The notes beneath the pieces are model-generated. The model was not told the origin of the DNA. It worked only from the letters and a program-made list of their open reading frames with translations, and ran no database searches. A stretch of 62,052 nucleotides of DNA, filler included, from Intoshia linei (taxonomy: Eukaryota > Animalia > Orthonectida), in assembly GCA_001642005.1 (NCBI GenBank). It is 4 parts of 4 records of this genome, joined end to end, with 100 filler letters (N's around TTAATTAATTAA, not from the genome) between each part and the next. Parts side by side here need not be neighbours in the genome. Positions count along the whole stretch, not along the records: positions 22,331 to 50,190 come from LWCA01000425.1; 3 more parts are not named here. The stretch is one strand, 5' to 3'. Below are positions 26,866 to 38,000 of this stretch, in pieces (position 1 is the first letter of the stretch; each line of letters starts with the position of its first letter). Both the position numbers and the translations under genes were made by a program.

Positions 26866-27254
26866 CCAATTTATAATGGCTAATAATAAAAATAAAATAA
26901 ATTAATTATCTAAAAAGTACAAATTATCATTCATAAGCAAATTAAAATCCGATTCAAGTTTTAATAAAAATGTTAGATGTCTTGATTTTTATATTTTAGA
27001 TATTTAAAATATTTCTTATAATTAATGTAATTTATTTTCGGTGTAATGTTTCAAGGATTTCTATAAATTACGATTTATTATCGCTACAAAATCATAAAGT
27101 GATCACCATGATCACTTTAGATTCAACTTAACTATGTACATAACAATAACACCTCCCTCAATTTATAAACAGTCTTAAACATTCACCAAAAGGCAACTTG
27201 TATTTTCACCAGGGTGCCAAACGCGGCTACTCTCACCATTGTAATTGCTGTACA

Positions 27255-27308
27255 CCATTGACAGCAATTTCATCACCATTGACAGCAATTTCTTCACCAT
27301 TGACAGCT
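27255..27308 (+). repeat. 21-bp tandem repeat
   Basis: CACCATTGACAGCAATTTC(A/T)T about 2.5-3 copies; degenerate 58-bp repeats follow (27320-27490). Confidence 0.75.
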
Positions 27309-27589
27309 TCACCAATTTCGTATTTTTAACTTTTCATGTTGACAAGTTTAATCATTTGTTTGGTATATTATTTTAACGACTTAAGTTGTCGACAAGTTTA
27401 ATCATATGTAGGTAAGTTTTTTTAGCGACTTAGGTTATAGATAAGTTTATAGACTTGTAGGTCTAGTATTTTAACGACTTAGTTTGTTACTTAGACTGAA
27501 CTTTGGGTCCCATATGGTAGTTTTTAAACTTTTGGGTCCCTTCCTCAACTTAATTTTTATGGTTTCTAGCCTGGAAACAGTATTTCTAG

Positions 27590-27800
27590 TATTAACTAGT
27601 ATTTCGCCAGTCACTGAACCTTTCTCTGGCAACAAATTGTGAGAAATTTTTAGGAGCAAAAAGTTTACAAATATAACAGTAAACTGATCCTGTTGATGGT
27701 GAATACAATAACCACTCTCTCTTGTATTTTTCACCATTGGCTTTTGTTCCAATGAAAAGTTTTTAACAACAGTATCTTGATGGTTTGCCACTACTAAAGT
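27590..27800 (-). mobile_element. hAT (ZMYM1-like, TTF zinc finger) transposase fragment
   Basis: Alternative frame of the listed ORF reads KANGEKYKREWLLYSPSTGSVYCYICKLF...EGFSDWRN. Confidence 0.8.
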
Positions 27801-27939
27801 GCCGGTAAGACGTCGACGAAGATAGTTGATAAGCAAACAGATTTGTAAAAATTATGAATTTGCACATTATTTGGTGCTGAAAAAGAAATTATTGTATAAT
27901 AAATCCAATGTAAATCCGACAATAATTTTTTTGTGTGGT

Positions 27940-28330
27940 GTAATCGGTTTAATAAACTGCGAAATATTGGACTGAATCTATCAGGTAATGGAGACCGAAA
28001 CGCCTCTAGCGTTTAATTACATATATCATGCAACCATCATTAGGTAGCGTTCGATTTTGCATGCGTCTGAGTTTTCTTGATGGACTATCTTCTTATTTAA
28101 CTCGTAATTTGTTCCGTCGTCCTGTCTATATATTACAATTTTTCTTCTTTCACCATCGCAAGGAGGGTGATTTGTCCTGGAAACAATTGAATCTTTTGAC
28201 CCATGTTTGCACACCAATCTTAAATTTGTGAACATTTCCATAAATTTTGAAACTTGATACCTTCCATATGATTGTAGTCTTCTTAATGATGCATATCTGT
28301 AAAATATCATAAAAATCTGTTTTAATATCA
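27940..28330 (-). pseudogene. Second diverged copy of the EVE pre-helicase segment
   Basis: 27941-28220 aligns with 26621-26861 (shared ATTGGACTGAATCTA, CTCGTAATTTGTTC, CAAGGAGGGTGAT, GACCCATGTTTGCACACCAATC). Encodes RT(N/D)HPPCD.ERR.IVIYRQDD in both copies. Confidence 0.7.
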
Positions 28331-28382
28331 ATAATTAGCATCTTAATTCTTATTATAACATATAATTTAATTATTTATTTAG

Positions 28383-31300
28383 GCTATACTGAAAAATACC
28401 AAATATCTATTCAAAAGTACAGTACACCACATGAACCTTGAACATTTAATATTGATATCAATTGAACTAAAAGAACAATTTTTCAAACACACATACCATC
28501 AACAATTAATTTGGATAGACTTATTATTATCATTTGTGCGTGACGAAAAATTGAATCACGATAAAATTGATTCAAAAGTATTTGAAATAGGTTGGAATTT
28601 ACTGCATGAAATGGCCGATGTGGATAGTGTTTGTAAATTTCTTGGAACAGAAGAAAATTTTTTAGTGGTCCATACATTAGAATATGCAATTGGAGAAACA
28701 TTGTACAAAATGTTCGATTATGGTTCAGATGAATTTTGTACCTGGATTCTAATTATAACTGAAGCCGATAGAATTGTACATAGCCCAATTGGGTTAAACA
28801 TTGTAAATATCATCGCCAAATTTATATGTGAATTTAATGAAGTGATTCCGAAACAAAATATGATAAACATGTTATGCGATGAATATTTCTTGATTAGAGG
28901 AATTATGTCTTCATTGAAATGGTTTCTATTGCGCGTAAATAGTGAAAACTCCAAATTGTTAACGAAAATCAGTCGTAAAGAGTTGTCAAACTTTTACAGT
29001 AAAAATGTTTGGGACCGGTTAGAGTTTCTTGAAATAGTCATGTTCACTTCAAAAGCATGTCCTAAAGTTGAGTCTATAATTGAATTGTGGAATCTTGTTC
29101 TATATGATTTTGATTATGTTGAGGTTTCAAATGTATTTTTTGATTTTATTACAAACATGGTTAGCAAAAATGACGTGGGCAGTATTATCGTCGAAATGTA
29201 CGAAAATTGTCTTTTAAAGGTTGATATTGCTAGAATTGATGAACAAATTTTGTCCTGTTTTAGTGCATGCTTTGAAAAACATAGTGAACATTTTTTTAAA
29301 AGTATTAATGAGTTTACGACATTGTCTACTATTGTGGATAGAAAGAGTATTTCTTATATATGGAAAATTATTTTCAATTCGTCGGAGTTGTATGAAGCAA
29401 ATGTGGCGTGCAATATTTTAAAAAAGTATTATATAAATTTGATTACTCATTTGGGTACCGCGAAAGAAACGACTTGCATGATACCTCATATTCTAAATGC
29501 GTTTATAAATTCTGTTTTGAATAAAATGAAGATTAGATTTCGTTGTATTGTCGAAATCAATGGTATTAATTTTAGTATTAATTGGATGGATCAAAAGATA
29601 AAAATTTTCAATGAGGCTACTTTGAAATTAATGCGAGAAATGTCTGTAGTTTGTTTATTTTTGTTGGATATTGTCAACTGTTTTGATTTGTTGTACTTTT
29701 TTAAGCGAAAATACCTGCCTTTATCAAGAATGGGGTCCGGCAGAGTCATTCATGTGAAAGTATCTAGTAATATTTTAAATCTAAGTTTAGATGTTAATTT
29801 AACAGTACATACGAATATGATAATGTATGAATTTTTGAATAAAGTTAAAAGCTTAGTTTCAGAAGATTATCAAAATAGTTTTATTTTAATGGAGAACGGG
29901 GAACCCTTTCATTCTATTGATGCTTACAATTATTTGGATAATTTGGGTTTTGATAATGAAACTGTTTTAACTATTTCGACGTATGCAAACCTTTTACTTG
30001 ATGATTCGAGCAGTGATGAAGATTTAAATGATAATCAAGCCAAAAACGAATCCATATATTCAAAACTGTTGATTTTAAAAGGCGACTTTACTGTCCTGGA
30101 ACCCGATGCGAGTGAAATTCACTTACCTAGCGTCAGTCTCGTAAAAAACTATAAGTTGTCCAAATTTTTCATGAACTGTGCAAATTTGTGCAATATATAT
30201 GGGAAATATGACGATGCCGCTAAATTTCTTAAATTAATACTTTGTTGTGTACCAGATAAAAAACTTTTTAAACATTTTGTCAACCTGATCAACGTGAAGC
30301 CAGTTTTTGATTTAAATTCTAGAATTTTGATGAAAAAGTTGTTTAAAAATTCGATTATTGAAAATGTTTACAATATGTGTTCTCTATATTCATTGTTGGC
30401 AGATATTACGATTAACCCGTCCAGGGCGCATCAATTAAGGATGAAAATGATTAATAATTGTTCTTCGTATTATATTTTTCAGCACATGTCAGAATTTAGA
30501 TGGAAAGGCAATTCGACGGATGAAAAAACGAGCATAATGTTTATAAACAATTGTTATCAAATTTTGGAATTATTGCAAAAGTCTTCCATTGTAGCTCATC
30601 ATAATTATATCGAATATATCAAAAAATTGAAACCCAACACTTTTAACCAAATCTTAAAATACAAATCAAAACATTGTAGTGATTTAGAAGTAGTCGAAAA
30701 TTTCTATGCAAATGAATCAAGCAATCTTTTCAATACTCTTGACACTGAAAGTCAATTTAACACCATGTATCCGAAACTGCAAATCTACTTGGAACCTGAT
30801 TTTGTAACCAGTATTTTTAAATTGATGTGGTTAGCTTGCGGCGTAGAAAAATCATATTATTATATGTCAAATAAAGCCTTTTCGGAAAAATTAAACCACG
30901 CTTCAAAGGCGATTAACGATAAAAACCGCAAAAAACCTACAAGAAGTTTCCATGCTCTTTTAACGTCATCTAAACAAGACCATTTGTCCATACTTTACCC
31001 AAAATTTTATGAAAATTACATATTAAATCACAAAATGTTTACTTGTTTTGATACTCCCTACAATGTGTCAATTTTTTACAGTGGCAATAATGTTACCTTG
31101 TTTAATGCTTGTTTAAAACTGTTATCTTTTTTATTCAAGTTTAACACAAATTATGTCAAAGTTTTTTTAAAGCATGAACATTTTAAAAAGATTTTTATTA
31201 ATTTTATTTTAATAAATGACTGCAATCACATTCGAGACAAATTCTACTATTTTATGATTGATTTGATTTATTCTCACAGACATTCAAATAATACTCTAAA

Positions 31301-34300
31301 TGTAATAATACTCACAATTTATCAACATTTCGATTCAACGATTTTAACTCATCGAGACAAATCTACCGGTATTCTGAAACTGTTTATCGATTTAATTCAA
31401 AGAGTAGATGACAATGGTGATAAATTGCCACGTTATAAAATGATTGTCAAAAAAGAAGTTGACTGGTTCAAAAATTATTCGATTTCATGGCTGAAAAACA
31501 AATTTGATAATCTATACACTCCTGATGGAGCTTTAATTGGAAGAAATTTTATCTTTTATACTCGAACAATTCTTTTACAATGTGCTATGAAACTACTTTC
31601 ACTATCTGAAAAAGAATTTTATGGAAGCTGCAAATCAGGTCCAAAATTGGTTAATTTTATTTTGAAAAATTTTTTATTTCCACATGCTCACAGTTTACAT
31701 AATTTGATTAAAAATATAAAGAAAAAATTAAGATATTCATTTATTGATAATGACATTTTAAATGTTCGCTACGACGTAAAAAAAAGCTTAATTGATCTGG
31801 TGATAATTTGTTCTGATGAAGGAAATGATAATCTCGAGCAGCTTTATAAATTTTTAAACATTGTTTTGGACGATTTTGAATTAAATTCCATTTCATATTT
31901 TGAAAATTATAATTATAATGATTTAAAAAGTTTACATTCTCAAGAATTTGTCGGATTGAAAAATGGTGGAGCAACTTGTTACATGAATGCCATTTTACAG
32001 CAATTTTTTATGATAGAGGATATTAAATGGGCCATTGTTAACGTTAAGAATGCACCAGTCAGAAATCAGAGCAGTGAAATTTTTCCAGAAAGGTGCCATT
32101 ATAATAACCATTCTCAATATGATTTTTTTATTGATTTGTCCAAAGCTCAATTTGAAAATCCTAGTAATAAAAATTTGACGTTGGATAATGTTGACATCCC
32201 TTCAGATAGAGAAAATTATGTTTTAAAAGTTTTATCTAGTGTTCAGCGTACTTTTGCTTATTGTCTTTACAGTAAAATGCATATTCATGTTCCTTTTGAT
32301 TTTTGGAGAAATTTTCAGTTTAATGGTATTCCTATCATTATTAGTGATCAGCACGATGCATTTGAATTTTACAATACACTTGTTGATGATTTAGATTCTG
32401 CTTTAAAATTGATTTATCAGGAACCAATTTTTAGTAGTACTTTGGGAGGTGTGTTTGCGGATGAAAAAATTTCGAAAGAATGTGTTCACGACTACACAAA
32501 ATATGAAAATTTTACCGCGCTTTGTGTGGATGTTGGTAATTTCGACAATTTAACCGAGTCTTTGGAACAATACGTCGAGGGTGATTTACTTGAAGGAGAA
32601 AATGCTTATTTTTGTAGTAGATGCAATAAAAATGTTGACACTGTAAAAAGAATGTGTATTGATATACTACCAAAAGTATTGACAATACAATTGAAAAGAT
32701 TTGAATTTAATTGGAGAACAAACGTAACGGAAAAAACAAACAAACATTTTAAATTTCCTAGAATAATGGATATGGAACCCTACACGAAATCTGGATTAGA
32801 AAAGGTTGAAGTATCAAAGCCTGGTAGGGTTGTGATACATACACGTGTTGACGGTAGTGTAGATTCCAATCCAAGCAGTCCAATCATTGAAAACTACATG
32901 TACAGATTAACCGGTATAGTCATTCACAGCGGAATTGCAGTTTCAGGTCATTATTATTCGTATATACTAGATCCTTCTTCGCCTAGTGAGGAATGGTATA
33001 GATTCGATGATGTTAATGTCACTCCAGTTGACTTGAACTCTGATTATGTTTTGTCCGAGCAATGTTTTGGTGGATCATATACGAATCATCGTGGCGACGA
33101 AGAGGATATTTGTTATAATGCTTACATGCTAATTTACAATCAAATTGAACCGACTGAAATTATCGAAGATTGTAATATTAATATGCCCGTAAAACGACAA
33201 AAAATGACCAATGGAGATGTTGTCACCAAATTTGATTGTGTTTCAGATGTTGTTCGTTTATCAAACCCGTCAATGTGTAGTGGAAGTAATGGCAGAAAAA
33301 TCAATTATATTGATAAGTACGTTAATAACGATGTAAAATTAGAAAATGCGAGATTCGGATACGTACATTCATTATTTGGTTCTGATTTCCCGAAATTTAT
33401 CGAAACTGTCACGTGTTCTGATTATTATAGCATTCTTTGTAAATTTAAAAACAAATCACCGGCTCAAATTGACGATACAAACAACAGACTTTGTTTAAAT
33501 TCCAAAATTATATCTTCATTTTTGTTAAAGTTTGGATTTTTTACAAAATGCGAGTTATCAAATGAAAAATTGAAAAAGAATTTAATAAACAGTGTCAAAT
33601 TTTCTTCAATGGCCAGTAATTGGGTTTTTTCAAACATTATTACAAAATTCAACTTTTTTTCTCACCCGTTTATTAATATGAAGGAATATCACCAATATAA
33701 GAAAATGTACTGTTCGATATCTGCAGATATTTGTGTTTACGTTTTCCAATTTATTTTGATATCTACCGACGATACTTTACGTCAAGATTTGCTGTCGTCT
33801 TTGGTGAAATACTTTCAAGATGCTATGGTCGTTTGTTTAGATAGGTTAAACGATAAAACAGATGTTCACATTTCTTTGATTTTGAATTTCTTGGTTAATT
33901 TTGTTGAAATTAATCATAGTGCTAAAAAAATTCAATTCTTCCAATCGATTATAAGTTATGAATTTATGAAAAAAATAATTTGTACACTATCGACGTGGAC
34001 GAATGATCGTTTAAACAGAGACGTTTTGAATAAATTTATAAATATTTTTTGTATTGCAACTCACCATTACATGATCAATCAAAAAAGTACTATTGAAAGT
34101 GTTGAACTGGTACCTAAATTTCAATGCTTGTCGTTTACAGATCAAATGAAAAAAATTTTACTCCGCAACCACATTCCTTCATTAGTTTACAATGATTTAT
34201 GTGATGAGTTCAACGAACTGATTCAAATTGTTATATTTACCAACCATATCAACTTTAAAAGTACCTCAAAATTTTTACATAAAATGTGCTACAAAAATTT

Positions 34301-34979
34301 ACCATTCTTTAAAAGAGTATTCAATTTATGTTTGTCAAAATGTCAAACGTTTCCAACCAAATTACACAACGATTATAGCTTGGGAATACTATTTTACATT
34401 TTGAGTTTCGATGATTATCAGTGGAATCAACGGATTGACTGTATTTTCACCGAATCAGTCAATATATTCGATTTTGTCAAGATGCAATTGGGTGGAAAGC
34501 CCATTATACTCCATGCCATATTCTTCAAAATTGTTGAATTTCTACAAAAACATGTTACTAAAATTTCCCTCTTACCAAATGTACATGAAATATTTTTACA
34601 CATTTCAACCTCTATAATTTTACTAATGGACACTGTTTCTCAAGTTATGAAAATTGCTATAAACTCTCAACTAGAAGACTCCGTTAAAATTATATTCTCA
34701 TCCATATGTTGTAATATTCTTGTTATTACTCAACTTTTAAAAAATGTACATACTCACGAAACTTTGAAATATTATTCAATGATTGTTAATCGATCAAATT
34801 TCAGTATTATAAAATACTCCACCAAGTTTGTTTTGCAAAATTCAGATTCTACAAAGGATGCTACATATCTATTCACAATTTTTCAAAATGATGGAACTAT
34901 TGCATCGCCAAATCATTATCTTGTACATTTATCCCAATTTCATTCAAATAATCACTATATTTTTGATACTTTCAACTGA
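28383..34979 (+). CDS. USP9X/USP24 (FAF-like) ubiquitin carboxyl-terminal hydrolase; large 3' exon, 5' exons not located
   Basis: Cys box GLKNGGATCYMNAILQQFFM, QHDAFEF, His box HSGIAVSGHYYSYI, WYRFDD. An in-frame acceptor (tttAG 28381-28382) adds AILKNTKYLF..., which matches the internal USP9X segment AIVKNVHDLL...KVLNLLWNLAH. Confidence 0.92.
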   Translation, partial: AILKNTKYLFKSTVHHMNLEHLILISIELKEQFFKHTYHQQLIWIDLLLSFVRDEKLNHDKIDSKVFEIGWNLLHEMADVDSVCKFLGTEENFLVVHTLEYAIGETLYKMFDYGSDEFCTWILIITEADRIVHSPIGLNIVNIIAKFICEFNEVIPKQNMINMLCDEYFLIRGIMSSLKWFLLRVNSENSKLLTKISRKELSNFYSKNVWDRLEFLEIVMFTSKACPKVESIIELWNLVLYDFDYVEVSNVFFDFITNMVSKNDVGSIIVEMYENCLLKVDIARIDEQILSCFSACFEKHSEHFFKSINEFTTLSTIVDRKSISYIWKIIFNSSELYEANVACNILKKYYINLITHLGTAKETTCMIPHILNAFINSVLNKMKIRFRCIVEINGINFSINWMDQKIKIFNEATLKLMREMSVVCLFLLDIVNCFDLLYFFKRKYLPLSRMGSGRVIHVKVSSNILNLSLDVNLTVHTNMIMYEFLNKVKSLVSEDYQNSFILMENGEPFHSIDAYNYLDNLGFDNETVLTISTYANLLLDDSSSDEDLNDNQAKNESIYSKLLILKGDFTVLEPDASEIHLPSVSLVKNYKLSKFFMNCANLCNIYGKYDDAAKFLKLILCCVPDKKLFKHFVNLINVKPVFDLNSRILMKKLFKNSIIENVYNMCSLYSLLADITINPSRAHQLRMKMINNCSSYYIFQHMSEFRWKGNSTDEKTSIMFINNCYQILELLQKSSIVAHHNYIEYIKKLKPNTFNQILKYKSKHCSDLEVVENFYANESSNLFNTLDTESQFNTMYPKLQIYLEPDFVTSIFKLMWLACGVEKSYYYMSNKAFSEKLNHASKAINDKNRKKPTRSFHALLTSSKQDHLSILYPKFYENYILNHKMFTCFDTPYNVSIFYSGNNVTLFNACLKLLSFLFKFNTNYVKVFLKHEHFKKIFINFILINDCNHIRDKFYYFMIDLIYSHRHSNNTLNVIILTIYQHFDSTILTHRDKSTGILKLFIDLIQRVDDNGDKLPRYKMIVKKEVDWFKNYSISWLKNKFDNLYTPDGALIGRNFIFYTRTILLQCAMKLLSLSEKEFYGSCKSGPKLVNFILKNFLFPHAHSLHNLIKNIKKKLRYSFIDNDILNVRYDVKKSLIDLVIICSDEGNDNLEQLYKFLNIVLDDFELNSISYFENYNYNDLKSLHSQEFVGLKNGGATCYMNAILQQFFMIEDIKWAIVNVKNAPVRNQSSEIFPERCHYNNHSQYDFFIDLSKAQFENPSNKNLTLDNVDIPSDRENYVLKVLSSVQRTFAYCLYSKMHIHVPFDFWRNFQFNGIPIIISDQHDAFEFYNTLVDDLDSALKLIYQEPIFSSTLGGVFADEKISKECVHDYTKYENFTALCVDVGNFDNLTESLEQYVEGDLLEGENAYFCSRCNKNVDTVKRMCIDILPKVLTIQLKRFEFNWRTNVTEKTNKHFKFPRIMDMEPYTKSGLEKVEVSKPGRVVIHTRVDGSVDSNPSSPIIENYMYRLTGIVIHSGIAVSGHYYSYILDPSSPSEEWYRFDDVNVTPVDLNSDYVLSEQCFGGSYTNHRGDEEDICYNAYMLIYNQIEPTEIIEDCNINMPVKRQKMTNGDVVTKFDCVSDVVRLSNPSMCSGSNGRKINYIDKYVNNDVKLENARFGYVHSLFGSDFPKFIETVTCSDYYSILCKFKNKSPAQIDDTNNRLCLNSKIISSFLLKFGFFTKCELSNEKLKKNLINSVKFSSMASNWVFSNIITKFNFFSHPFINMKEYHQYKKMYCSISADICVYVFQFILISTDDTLRQDLLSSLVKYFQDAMVVCLDRLNDKTDVHISLILNFLVNFVEINHSAKKIQFFQSIISYEFMKKIICTLSTWTNDRLNRDVLNKFINIFCIATHHYMINQKSTIESVELVPKFQCLSFTDQMKKILLRNHIPSLVYNDLCDEFNELIQIVIFTNHINFKSTSKFLHKMCYKNLPFFKRVFNLCLSKCQTFPTKLHNDYSLGILFYILSFDDYQWNQRIDCIFTESVNIFDFVKMQLGGKPIILHAIFFKIVEFLQKHVTKISLLPNVHEIFLHISTSIILLMDTVSQVMKIAINSQLEDSVKIIFSSICCNILVITQLLKNVHTHETLKYYSMIVNRSNFSIIKYSTKFVLQNSDSTKDATYLFTIFQNDGTIASPNHYLVHLSQFHSNNHYIFDTFN

Positions 34980-35051
34980 AAATTGAATATTTTCAATTTT
35001 ATCAATTTAAATTTTTTACAAGTAAAGATATATATATATTTTATTATTAAA

Positions 35052-38000
35052 TTATTTTTTTGTTAATTTTAATGTTATCACTGTTGTAGTCAGTATGAGT
35101 AGTATTGATATTTTGATGAAATGATCCAATTTTATTTTTAGGGTTGTTAAAGGAATTTTTTTACATTTGTTTAGTGTTTCCTTTATTTTGTATACTTTAT
35201 TTGTTGTTGCTGGTTCTTGGTTTATCAAATTTTCTACTCTTTTGGTTTGTTTCATAAACTGCAAATTTTTTTAAAACATTACATTAAAAAATTAAAAATT
35301 GTGCAATGTACCATGTTGGTTGTTAGGAGATAATTATAATTTGTTATATAAGTAAATCTAGTGTCGAACCTACCCAATAACCTCTTCGAGCTATCGACGA
35401 AATTTTTGTAAAATGGGCCCTTATTTTACCAAATTGAGAATTAAAAAAATTATATTCTTAAATATCAGAACTGTTTGGTATGTTTAATTTAAAATAACTC
35501 CAGAGCCGTAGATAAGTCGTTAGGGTTTGTATGACACTGCTTAATTTGTGAAAAATTTTTAGTGTCCTATTTTTCATTTTTTGGGTGGTCTCGAGATCGG
35601 TGTGTTCGGCTCTGAGTAAACCTAACGTGAATAATTTATAAAATTAATTTTGACGGAATACTGAGGGAAAAACTCTGATTTTATGAAATTTTTAATCAAG
35701 GGAAAAATATTTTTAATAACCTAAAAGTTGATTTTTGATGCATAAACAAAACGTACCAAGTTTTGAATATATGTCCATTTGCCTCCAAAAACTATTATTG
35801 AAAAAATTATACATTGGAAGACTATATTTATTCCGAAAGCAATCATGAATCCTAAAATAATCATATAATAAATGAATTAACGTAGATTTCAATTTTTAGT
35901 TTTTTTAGACTGATAAGTTTTTGGTTAAATTCAAAATGACAAACTAATGCTGGTTGTTTATAATTAATTTTGATTTTTATGGGATCGACAAAGTTATAAA
36001 ATTTTTAATATTCATTAATTTTTAAAGTTGAAATGTATTAGTTTTGAGATGGTGCATTTTTACTCTTATACCTGGATACCAGGTTGTTATTTTCATTAGG
36101 GGTTGTTAAATTATGGACTCGTTAAGTTTAGTTTCATTTTTTGTGTTTCGAAAATAAATGATATTCATAAATATTTAAAGAAATATAGAATATTAAATAT
36201 GAAAGATTTAAATAGGCAATACAATGTTTATTAGAAAAATTTTCACACCTTGATATGCCCTCTTAAATAATCATAAAATGAAACTTTTCAAAAAATTTAT
36301 AAATTATAATGAGTATTTCTTAATCTGGGGCCCACGAAATAATTTGTCTAATTATGATAAAAATGTGGAACAATTAAAATTCTTTGAATTTAAATAAATT
36401 TGATTTTATACTTACATCAATGATGTAACATCATGTATCTTTTTCAATTTAATTGATTGGTTTCTTAGCTTTTTATCATTATGAAATCCACCAACTCATT
36501 TAGAAATTTAAGTGTCCGCGAAAATTTTTGTTGGAATAAGTAAATGGAGTTTATGGTTTTAGAACTAGTTTTATAGATGATTGTCGAAATACCGAAGTTC
36601 TTAATTGCATAAAGTTTAATGCAAGATTGTGCAACCTTTTTTATCTCATTGACCACTTTTTTATATCAACATTCTAAGGGCCGTTTTTTTAATTACATAT
36701 TTATCATGCATTATTGTTAATCAAAATGAAATTAGAAATACTCATTTTTTTATCTCATTGTTATTTTTGATGTTGACAGTGTATATTATACATTGTATTG
36801 ATTAATAAAATATAAAAATAAATATTTTACTTATTTACTTAAACGGCCACCAAAATTATTCTGTGGGTCCTTGGTCTACTGTATATATTTTGTATTTATT
36901 TACCACTTTGGCGCAATTTAGTAAACAGAGTTAGAGGAATTCCTAACGGTAATGTAATACAGTATTCGGTTATAAATATAACAATGGCACTATATAATTG
37001 ACGACCGGTTCCAAATATATATCCTTTCATTGTACTCTAATCGTAAAATTTTATTACAGTATATATCATTATGCTTCATATACAAACTTAAACTTATACG
37101 ATTCACTTCATAAAAAATAAGTGTAATGATTTCATAAATTATTCAATTCTCAAGGAAATATTTGATAATTCAATTAAAATCAATCACAGAAATATACTTT
37201 AAAAAATGGGTTGCCACACTTTTAAATACTTTTATGTTGTAATTAGTAAATTAATTTTTTCAAAATTATTTCGCTGCCTCTATAAATTTTTCACGGACCA
37301 GTACTGTTCCGCAGACCGGCATTTGGGAAACACTTCTCTAAAATATATGTAATGGTATGTCGTAACTTGGTGGCCACTGCAAAAGATTTTTGATACAGCC
37401 ATAAAAACAATTATACATAACAAGAGTCCCAGAATGTATGCTTTATTAAATTTTAGGGCTGTTTTTTTTTTAAACAAAAAGGAAAATGGGTTTTGACCCT
37501 GAAATCCTTAAATTCTGAACGTCATAAATATATAAAAAGACGTGGAAAAATTGTATTAGAAATAAGGTTTTTTTAAATTCTGCAACTATAGGTTTTGTAA
37601 ATAAATGCTAACAGACACACACAAAGACATTCATTTTTATATAAGTAAAGTTAGATAGATATTTGGGTATATCTTTTAATAGATGAACATAAATTTGAAA
37701 TATAATTAGGAGGCCGTATTAAAATTTAGTAATTACAGCAATTCCATCTAAAATAACATATGCTCCAACTATTTTGATTAATACAATGTTTATGGATAAA
37801 ATTTCTCTATAAAATATATTGGTTAATTTAGTTTAAATGAGGATTACGATATATTTGTAAATAACAAACAAATTTTTTTTGATAAAATTAAGAATAATAA
37901 TGTAACAATAGTTCCGTATATGCCTAAATATAATAATTATTAAAATTTTTTCGATCCCTTTAAGATAGTTTCGGTATGGTAGGTTGGGCTCTGACTACAT

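Noticed and set aside
27255-27490. CRISPR-like repeat array
   Set aside because: Repeats are contiguous without unique spacers, there are no cas genes, and the context is eukaryotic.
27471-27836. 121-aa ORF as a protein-coding gene
   Set aside because: The meaningful hAT zinc-finger motif is in another frame; the listed ORF is incidental.
28483-34633. Short ORFs overlapping the USP exon, and 57416-57841 / 57972-58304 overlapping the zinc-finger gene
   Set aside because: Antisense or alternate-frame by-products of real CDS, with no motifs.
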